In this document: positions 54,640-64,000 of the stretch, one piece after another
Layout of the letters: every line of letters starts with the position of its first letter
Numbering within the stretch: the stretch's first letter is position 1
DNA from: the human T2T-CHM13v2.0 reference genome, Homo sapiens
DNA: 64,000 bases
Direction: 5' to 3' (one strand)
Assembly: GCF_009914755.1 (NCBI RefSeq)
Contig: NC_060947.1
The notes under the pieces: model-generated
What the model was told of the DNA's origin: nothing
The model's database searches: none
The model's input: the letters and a program-made list of their open reading frames with translations, nothing else
Made by a program: the position numbers and the translations under genes

Positions 54640-56725
54640 AAATATTATACAGCATATGAATTATTTCCAAAAAACTATTAGAACTAATACATGAATTCAG
54701 TAAAGTTATAACATACAAAGTTAACATACAAAAATCAATTGCATTTCTAATGCAAATTAAAGCCACAATAGTATACCACCTCACAGCAGTCAGAAGAGCT
54801 ATTATTAAAATATCAAAAAATAACAGAAGCTGGCAAGGTTGTGTAAAAAAAAAAAAGAATGCTTATACACTGTTGGTGGGAGTGTAAATTAGTTCAACCA
54901 TTGTTGAAGACAGTGTGTCAATTCCTCACAGACTTAAAACAGAAATTTGACCCAGCAATCCCATTACTGGGTATATACCCAGAGGAATATAAATCATTCT
55001 ACCATAAAGACACATGCATGCAAATGTTCATTGCAGTAGAATTCACAATAGCAAAGACATGGAATCAACCTAAATGCCCATCAGTGATAGACTGGATTTA
55101 AAAAAATGTGGTACATATACACAATGGAATACTATGCAGCCATAGAAAAAGAACAAGATCATGCACTTTGCAGGAACCAAAAAAAAAAAAAACCATGTGT
55201 TCTCACTTATAAGTGGGAGCTAAATGATGAGAACACATGTACACATAGAGGGGGACAACACACAATGGAGTGTATTGGAGAGTGGAGGGTGGAAGGAGGG
55301 AGAGGATCAGGAAAAATAACTAATGTGTACTAGGCTTAATACCTGGGTAATGAAATAATCTTTACAACAAACCCTCATAACACAAGTTTACCTGTATCAC
55401 AAACCTGCACATGGGCCCCAGAACTTAAAAGTTTTTAAACAGTAAATTGAATTTCTATATACTAACAACAAACTACCTGAAAAAGAAGTTAAAAGAACAA
55501 TTCAATTTACCCTGGCATCACAAAGAATATGCTACTGGGAAATAAATGTAATCAAGAAGGTAAAACATCTGTACACGGAGAACTATAAATAAAATATTGC
55601 TGAAGAAAATGAAGACAGAAATAAATGGAAAGATATCCCATGCTCACTTATTAGAATAATTAATGTTGAAATATTCATACTACTGAAAGTTATCTACAGA
55701 TTCAATGCAGTCACTATCAAAATTCCAATGTCATTTTTCACAGAAATAGAAAAAAAATCTTAAAATGCATAGGGAACCACAAAAGATCCTAAATAACTGA
55801 AGAAATTTTGAACAAGAACAAAGTTGGAGGCACCACATTTCCTGATTTCAAAATATGTTGCAAACTTACAGTAATCCAAACAATATGACACTGGCATAAA
55901 ACAGGCATATAGACCTTTGGAACAGAAAAGAGAGCCTAGAAATAAATCATGCATTTACAATAAGTTGATCATCAAGAAGCATTCCAAGAACACATAATGG
56001 GGAAAGGATAATTTCTTCAATAAATGATGTTGTGAAAACTGGATATCCACTTGCATAAAAATGAAATTAAGTGCTTATTTCATACCACATACAAAATCAT
56101 CAACTCAAAATGGGTTAAAGACTTAAATGTAAGATCTGAAACTAAAGCTACCAGAGAAAAAACACCGGGAAGCATTTTTTGACTTTGGTCTGGGGAATAA
56201 TTTTTTGGTATGACCCTAAAAATCACAGGCAACAAATACGTAACTATACAAGTGGTATTGTATCAAAATGAAAAGCTTCTGCACAGCAGTGAAAACAACC
56301 ACCAAAGTCAAATGGCAACCTACAGAATGGGAGAAAATATTTACAATCCATGTATCTGAGAAGAGGAGCTTAACACAATAGCAAAAATTCAAATAACCTG
56401 ATTTTAAAATGGACCTGAATAGATATTTCTCCAAAGAAGACCTACAAATGGCTAACAGATATGTGAAAAAGTGGTCAGCATCACCAATCATCAGAGAAAT
56501 GTAAATCAAGATCACAATGACGTGTGACTTCATACGTATTAAAATGGCTATTATCAGAAGGAGGAAAGATAACAAGTGTTGGTGAGGATGTGAAGAAAAG
56601 GGAACTCTTGTACATTGTTCTTGGAAATGCAAATTGGTACAACTATTATGGAAAATGTATGGAAGTTCCACAGAAAATTGAAACTAGAACTACCATATGA
56701 TCCAGGGATCCCACTTCTGAGTGTA
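54640..56725 (+). mobile_element. L1MA/MB ORF2 3' region, host of an L1PA13-16 3' end
   Basis: aactattagaactaatacatgaattcagtaaagtt...; resumes at 55445 and runs to gaactaccatatgatccagggatcccacttctgagt. Confidence 0.8.
54750..55440 (+). mobile_element. L1PA13-16-type 3' end
   Basis: ORF 54859-55101 [15 protein letters not shown]; 3'UTR gagaggatcaggaaaaataactaatg; TSD core aattgcatttcta (54737-54749) / aattgaatttcta (55445-55457). Confidence 0.88.
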
Positions 56726-56726
56726 T

Positions 56727-57868
56727 AGTAATTAATAACTTAATGATAGGGACATGCTCTGAGAAATATGTCATTAGGCGATTTCGTCTGAGAACATCGT
56801 AAAGTGTACTTTCACAAACCTAGATGGTACAGCCTACTACACACCTAGGCTATATGGTACATCCAAATGTTCCTAGGCTACAAACCTGTAGCATGTTACT
56901 GTTATGTATTAAATACTGTAGGAAATTGTAACATAATGGTAAGTATTCATGTATCAACATATCTAAGCATAGAAAAAGTAGAGCAAAAATAGGATGTAAA
57001 AGATTAAAAAATGATACACTTGTGACGGGCACTTACCATGAATGGAACTTGCAGGACTGAAAGTTGCTTTAGGTAAGTCAATGGGTACTGAGTGTGAAGC
57101 TCTTGGACATTACTGTTGATAGATTTTATCAACACTGTATACTTTGGCTAGACTAAATTTATTTATTTTTTATTTTTTTTTATCTTTTTGAGATGAAGTC
57201 TCACTCTTGTCCCCCAGTCTGGAGTGCCAGTGGCGTGATCTTGGCTCGCTGCAACCTCCGCCTCCCGGGTTCAAGTGATTTTCCTGCCTCAGCTTCCCGA
57301 GTAGCTGGGATTACAGGTGCGTACAACCACACCCAGCTAACTTTTTGTATTTTAAGTAGAGACGGGGTTTCACAATGTTGGCCAGGCTGGTCTCGAACTC
57401 CTGACCTCAGGTGATCCTCCCAGCTCGAGCCTCCCAAAGTGCTGGGATTACAGGCGTGAGCTACCGTGCCCAGACTCGCTAAATTTATTTTTTAAATATC
57501 TGTCTTTAATAATAAACTTAGCGTACTGTAACATTTTACTTCATAAACTTCTAAATCTTTTTAATTTTCTGACCTTTTCGTAATAACACTTCACTTAAAA
57601 CCTTTTGTATAGCTTTACCAAAATATTTTCTCTTTATATTCTTATACTATAAGCTTTTTTCCATTTTTGAAGTTATCTTTACCTTTTGTTTTTAAAATTT
57701 TGTTAAAACTTAATACACATACATATTAGGCTAAGCCCACACGGGTTCAGGATCGTCAAGATATCACTAGGCTATAGGCATTTTTCACCTCCGTTATAAT
57801 CTTATGGGACCACCATCTTACATGTGGTCCATCATTGACCAGAAGGTCATCATGGGTACATGAAAGTA
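56727..57868 (+). mobile_element. Tigger3(b)-like DNA transposon derivative, interrupted by Alu
   Basis: ctgagaaatatgtcattaggcgatttcgtc; acaaacctagatggtacagcctactacacacctaggctatatgg; cttatgggaccaccat..tgtggtccatcattgacc. Confidence 0.85.
57161..57475 (-). mobile_element. AluSq/Sx-type
   Basis: Full dimer with cctgacctcaggtgatcc; flanking repeat ctaaattt on both sides. Confidence 0.95.
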
Positions 57869-58299
57869 TATCGAAATCAATAAGTTAAGAAAAAGAACTG
57901 CCAAGGCACTTTAATTTCTCCCATCTTAAAATTTTAAGACATTAGGATTTTCCTAATAGTTTTGGGGGATTTGTTTGTTTGTTTGTTTTTACTCTCTCAT
58001 GCTATTTATTTGGATCTTAAGTCATTAGTCTCCTCTAACTCTCTATCTAAACATGCTGAAGATGCTTAGAGGATGGCATAATTTTAGGAAATGTTATCTT
58101 TCAACTCTGCTTTTCTCTTTCCCCATTCAGAGCAGAAGAGTTTGAAAGTATTAAGCAGTTTTATTTATTTTATTTATTTTGAAATGAATATCAACTATTC
58201 TCAGGACTGATGTACTAAAATAAAACACCTTTCTTTATGATACATATAGTGTACATTGCAAAAGTAAACTTTTACAAAAAATGGTATATTAATCTAGGC

Positions 58300-58670
58300 A
58301 CATTTATTTCATGGCTATAACATATCAGGTACTCTGCTAAGTGCTCTACATGCTTTATCTTATTTCATTTCATTTCTTATAAACCCTATTAAGTGGCTAC
58401 TATTAAGAACAACCTACTTGAGGATAAGACTGTTGTCTCATTTATTACAGAATTTTGGTGTCAATTAAGAGTGCCTGGAACATAATAGGTGCTCATAAAC
58501 ATCTGTTAAAAGAATCATTTAATGTATGAATGAATTTCTACTATACAAATGAAAAAGCTGAAGCACAGAAATTTTAAGACACTTGCTCAAGTTTATGTAG
58601 CTGGTACGTAGCACAACCAGGACTCAGCCAAGTTCCGCCTGACTCAAAAGTCCTTTCTCATAGGAACTAT
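58300..58670 (-). mobile_element. MIR(-) split by an L2 3' end (+, ~58415-58535)
   Basis: MIR 3' half (caggtactctgctaagtgctctacatg) and core (tacaaatgaaaaagctgaagcacaga) flank agagtgcctggaacataataggtgctcataaacatctgtt...atgaatgaat. Confidence 0.65.
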
Positions 58671-59619
58671 TTATTTTGCCTCTGCAAAATCAGCCATTCT
58701 CACCTTGTGATATTTCCTCCAATATGGATAAACCTACAATACTAATCTCATTCCTGACTTCAATTTTCCAGGCACTTTGCTTACCTGACTGTGAATTCCC
58801 AATGCTCTGGGGTGGTAAAATCTTTAGGTTAATAGGTTAACGAAGCCAATCTTTTCTTTTTTTCCTTGCCTGAGGTCTTTAAGCAATTTTACAGATTATA
58901 TTTGTACCAGAAAATACGTATTAAAATTTGAAACACTGATCAGCCACAGAATCATTTTACAACAAATTTCTAGAACATGAGCCAAGAGTCCAAAGTATGG
59001 AGACATATCTGAGCTCAACATAAAATGCTGCCTGAAAACAATGAGTGACACATTTAGAGAAAATACATGAAATTACTTTTCAAAAATGTAATATGATGTA
59101 ATAAGTCTCTTAAGTGATTTAGTCAAAATTTGGTGATTTTTAGCAGTTTAAAAAACAAAATATTTATGATTTTGAAAACATAGAAAGACCAGAATAAAAA
59201 TTATAGACATTTTACTTTGAACAGATTTTTGGAAAAAAAAATTCTTATGAAATTTTAAATAATTTTCAAGAAGTGAACATCACTTCCAGGAGGGAACTTC
59301 ATTGTAAATTGGTCACCAAATGTGATTCTAATGATGATACTACAAATATTTTATAACACAGTCATCTCAGTCTAAATCTGAAATGGATTTCTTTTAAAGA
59401 GCAATAAAATATCACCATTAACATATTTTCAGAAACTTTTGCATTCTTTTTTTTTTAAGTTCTCAAGATTGTGTTTATATTTTGGCCCATTTTATAGCTA
59501 CCTCTGTCATGAAATTTCACAGGTAATGGGCATTTCTTGCTAACCAATATGTATGCCCATCCACCACTGGCTGTTTTCTAATATCATATCTTATTGTTTT
59601 ATTAATCATCCTTAGAGAT

Positions 59620-60355
59620 TTGATCTCTGTTGACAGTGAAAATATCCATGTATTTCTCTCCATTTTGAGTGCTACCATTCTAGTTGGAGGATCCCAAATC
59701 CTCTTACTGTGAATTACAATAACATCCTCACAGGAGTCCTTGCTTCTGCTGTTGCTTTGAATCTTCACATAGGAGAAAATATAATCTTTTCAAATGGTAA
59801 GCTGATATTACTTCCATGAAAATCTTTTATAAATATTATAATAAAATTCAAGCTATTTATTAACAAGGCTTAGCATGATCTAGCCCCTATCTCTCCAACT
59901 TCATTTTCTATAATCTTCCATGCTACTTACTTTCTCTAATCTACCATAGTAGCCTTCTCATAAGCCTTAAATATACCAAATGAATTCCAGAATCTTATCT
60001 TTTCATTGTCTATTCTATTTTCTGTGATATTCTTCTCAGAATTTCATTTGATTAGCTCTTTATCATTTCAGCTTCAAGTAACAAGCGCTCCTTGGCCAGC
60101 CTAGCTAAAGTTGACATCCACCTCTAGTCACTTTTCCAATTTGCGTTGCTTTATTTGCTTTACAACACTTTTTGCTATCTGGATTGTTTTATGTGTATAA
60201 TTTTATTTATGTCACACACACATGCACACATACTGGAATGTAAGATTTAGTATATTAGGGATTTTCTCTATTTGCTCAATGTTGCAGTCCTAGTACATAG
60301 AAGACTGTCACAAAGTAGGTATCCTCAAATATTAAATACATGTTGAATGAAGGAA
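59620..60355 (+). mobile_element. Decayed L2 3' region
   Basis: aacaaggcttagcatgatctagcccct; actggaatgtaag; gtaggtatcctcaaatattaaatacatgttgaatgaa. Confidence 0.65.
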
Positions 60356-61101
60356 TTTTAATATTTATCAGTCAGTTGCATCTCAGTGAGGCTCTGTTGA
60401 TCTAATTCCTTCTTGGCAAAAAAATTAATGCAACATAAATGATAATGGATAGCTGAAATTAAGGTATGGGGAAGGATAGAGATAGGGATTTCCTAGCCTT
60501 AAAATAGGGAAAGGATATATAAATTTGGCTGCTGTTGATATTTCACTTGCTTTACTCTTTTGAACAAGATTGGCCCTGTACATCTCAGAAATGAAAGTGA
60601 AGACATAGTCATCTTATGACAACATAGGTATGTACAAAACCAGTTTCACTAATTTATATCACAAAGTGAGGCTTGTAGGCTAAATGCTTACATTTAATTT
60701 TATTCATGGTTGTTTATTCACCTGCTTTTGAAGGTAATCTTCATCAGAATAATCTGACTGGAGAGATATTGAATTTTAGCAGATGATGATGATGTGGTGT
60801 GCCATCAAGAGCCTCCCATCAAGACTGACATACTCATTTCTCCATCTCTTCTTCTGACCATCACACCAATTATTAAGATTGTCATAACATAATTTTGCCA
60901 GTGAAGTGCTATGTCTCTAGGGGAAAACAGAGCTTATACCCTAAAGGAGCGGCAATGCCCAGATGGCATATACAGGCAGTGACCAGGACAGTATTTATGG
61001 CACTGTATTCTCAAAATGTTGGATCAAGGAGGATGGAACATAAATTTGGATAAGACAGAGTATATCAATATGAGAGAATTATTCCAGGATATAGTCTATA
61101 T

Positions 61102-61228
61102 CAAAAGTTAGCAAACTATAGCCCATGCATGTTTTTATAAATTATGTTTTTTCTAATCAGTGATTCTATGTCCTGAAGAGCCTAAAATCCTATCTTACCC
61201 CTTATATAAAAATGTTTGCTGACTCGTG
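61102..61228 (+). mobile_element. Internally deleted MER58-like hAT MITE
   Basis: TIRs caaaagttagcaaac ... gtttgctgactcgtg; 8-bp TSD gtctatat / gtctgtaa. Confidence 0.65.
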
Positions 61229-61392
61229 GTCTGTAAAAGTTAGCAACAATAGATGGTATTACCTGGTTATTAGAATGGGTCTTAGAAATGTGGAGAAAGA
61301 AAGTAACCTCACTAGGTGAAGTAGAAATGGCAGAACAGCCATGGAAGATCATGAAATAATGAACCAGAAGGCTTATATAATTAAGTATATTA

Positions 61393-61394
<2 letters not shown>

Positions 61395-61441
<47 letters not shown>

Positions 61442-61782
61442 GTGTATATATATATATATACACACAGTATATATATATACTGTATATACACACACAGTAT
61501 ATACATATATACACACAGTATATATATACACACAGTATATATATATATACACACAGTATATATATATACACACACACTATATATATACACACACTATATA
61601 TATATACGCACACTATATATACACACACAGTATATATATATATATACACACACAGTATATATATATATATATACACACACATAGTATACATATATATATA
61701 TACACACACACACACAGTACGTATATATATACACACACACACAGTATACACACACACACACACACACACACAGTATATATAT
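61395..61782. repeat. Complex (TA)n(CA)n-G/C micro/minisatellite
   Basis: Repeated variable unit such as gtatatatatatacacaca; source of all YI/HT/CV-repeat ORFs at 61182-61847. Confidence 0.97.
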
Positions 61783-62333
61783 GTAATGTAAGGCCGGAAA
61801 ACCTACTAGATGATTATGTTCCATTGGAGGGCCTGGAAGAGACATAATTTATCTAACAATAAAGAATTTTCTGGTGAGAAGGGTGCTAGCATCACCAAGA
61901 AGCTCAGTGGTGGCAGTGGGAGATACCATTAGAGAGTTAACTCAGTTTTACCATCATAGGCAAGGCAAGTCTAATTATTATGAGCAAAAAGGTCAGAGCA
62001 GCATAGAAGGGAGTCACGACCCATGAAGAGCAATGGACATGGTTAATAGAATACTGAGCCCTGGGAGACAGATATACGGGCAGCCAACAAGGATACTGTT
62101 CAAACTACAAAGCTGAAAGAAATTGAGGTTGGATGATGGCAGTTACCTCAATAAAAGTGTTATAATCATTTGTCCACTTTCTAGAGCTGCGCCTGCAACC
62201 CATTATCTGAAGAAGAGGTCAGGTCCCCATGAAGAAGGAACTTGCAATGCAATGAGAAGTATATATAGTAATGATTCTGCCAATCTGTCCTCAAGGAGGC
62301 CTATGGCTATTTTCTTGCATAAGAGTATACTAT

Positions 62334-62765
62334 GCAAAAAAAGACAAACTTCACATGTTTTCAGTTATTTGTGGGAGCTAAAAATTAAAACAATTGAACT
62401 CATGGAGATAGAGAGTAGAATGATATTTACCAGAGGCTGAGGAAGGCAGTCAGAGTGTTGGGAGAATGTGGATAATTAATGGGTAAAAAAATAAAGTTAG
62501 ATAAAACGAATAAGATCCAATATTTGATAGCACAACAGAGTGACTACAGGCAGCAATAACTTATTGTGCATTTTAAAATAACTAAAATAGTATAATCGAA
62601 TTCTTCGTAACACAAAGGATAAATGCTTGAGGTTATGGATACCCTATTTACCCTGATGTTATTATTACACACTATATATGCCTGCATCAAAATATTTCAT
62701 GTACCCCATAAATATATACACTTATTACGTACCCCAAAAAATAAAAAAAATAAAATTATAATTAA
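62334..62765 (+). mobile_element. L1MA2/3 3' end inserted in the ERVL
   Basis: aaagacaaacttcacatg...gtaacacaaaggataaatgcttgagg...; TSD aagagtatactat (62321-62333) / aagagtatagtac (62766-62778). Confidence 0.88.
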
Positions 62766-62896
62766 AAGAGTATAGTACTGATAGGTAAACTCCAAACATT
62801 TTGAGGACTGTTGGACACAAGGTCTGAATTGATGTTGATACTCAGGGGAAAAAATGTCATTTGTAGCTCCCCAAATGAAATGAGGGTGTATGGAAG

Positions 62897-63320
62897 TGTT
62901 AGTCTGTTCTTACATTGCTATAAAGAAATAACTGAGACTGAGTTATTTATAAAGAGAAGAGATTTAATTGACTCACAGTTCGGCAGGCTGTACAGGAAGC
63001 ATGAGCTGGCATCTTCTCAGCTTCTGGGGAGGCCTTAGGAAATGTACAATCATGATGGAAGGCAAAGAAGGAGTAGGCATGTCACATTACCAGAGCAGGA
63101 ACAAAAGAGAGAGGGAGGGGGTGCTAGACACTTTTAAACAACCAGATCTCATGAGAACTCAGTCATGATTATGAGGACAGTACTAAGTTAGATAGTGCTA
63201 AACCACTCATGAGAAATTCACCACCATGATCAAACCATCTCACACCAGGCTCCACCTCCAACACTGGAGATTACATTGCAACATGAGATTTGGGCAGGGA
63301 CACATATCCAGACTATATCT
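62897..63320 (-). mobile_element. MSTA solo LTR inserted in ERVL pro/pol
   Basis: gcaggctgtacaggaagcatg..ctggcatc (MSTA-type segment), ~425 bp; TSD ggaag / gggag. Confidence 0.85.
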
Positions 63321-64000
63321 GGGAGCCGGGTAATAAATGGCGGAGTCCAGGACTAGGTCTGATTTGCAATGAATCCACTGGGTCCACGTCCAACTAGCAG
63401 CCATTTCCATGACCCATGAATGTAAAATTGAAATGCATATAATAGGTAGTTGGCAGAACCCCCATATTGGTTTCTTGGGTTGGAGCTTTTGTAGCAGAAA
63501 AGACCAATTAGAATTCTCTGAGATTGTCCACTTTGTCCAAGACCAGATAGTGAAACAAATATTGTCTCCTGAGCAGTAATACAAATCAGTGCCAACTATA
63601 TAGACCTAAGGTATACAAGCATGGTTTTCACCATTATATCTCTGTTTAATTTACCAGTCTGAGTTTGGTTCCTACAATAGCCAGTTGGATCCTCAAATGT
63701 GACAGTTGATTATGACAAATTAAATTACCACTAGCCCTATTTCCAGTTACTGTGCCAAATGTGATATTGCAACTACAGCAGAATAACATGGCCTCAGATA
63801 CCTGGTATATGTCCATAAATCTGGTGAATGTCTTTTCAATCCTAACCAAAATAGGATAGAAACAGATCTCATTTATTTTGGATCGACCACATGTGCATTT
63901 GTAGTTTTTCCCTATGGCTATGTTAACTCTCCTGCTACCTATTTTAAAATAGTTTAAAGACATGTGGGCAATCTGAACATGCTACGAAACATCATATTGG

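Larger units (their letters stand above)
60795..64000 (+). mobile_element. Decayed ERVL-class provirus (HERV16/LTR16-like): LTR stub, gag, protease, RT; continues past the window end
   Basis: Hand translation: gag LKMLDQGGWNINLDKTEYINMREL (~61010); protease GLLDTRSELMLI (~62805); RT VPNVILQLQQNNMASDTWYMSINLVNVFS (~63750) and FPYGYVNSPA (~63907); many stops and frameshifts. Confidence 0.82.

Noticed and set aside
61182-61847. Overlapping long ORFs (up to 195 aa) on both strands
   Set aside because: Artefacts of the TA/CA repeat, which lacks stop codons.

Overview
AT-rich, CpG-depleted primate (human-like) genomic DNA with no recognisable protein-coding exon. Every long ORF in the track is either a decayed transposable-element reading frame (L1 ORF1/ORF2, MaLR-int, ERVL gag/pro/pol, Alu) or a microsatellite artefact. 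Well over half the window is nested repeats: a near-full-length L1MA1-3 with a ~2 kb 5'UTR, several L1PA 3' ends, a two-LTR THE1D provirus, solo MLT/MST/THE1 LTRs, a decayed ERVL (HERV16-like) provirus running off the right edge, DNA-transposon relics (MER1A, MER44A, MER45A, MER53, MER58, Tigger3), Alu/FAM, MIR and L2. Subfamily names are from memory of consensus sequences, not from a search. I found no new biological system. The most unusual structures are: (1) an ERV1-LTR transcript apparently retrotransposed by L1, with poly(A), a 14-15 bp TSD and a probable 5' inversion (39877-40644); (2) a THE1D provirus with one truncated end, flanked by a ~0.5 kb host duplication instead of a 5 bp TSD; (3) a 35-nt tailless U2 snRNA retropseudogene; (4) two fold-back/template-switch scars, one amplified into a palindromic minisatellite; (5) an MLT2-type LTR joined to a MaLR-type internal sequence.
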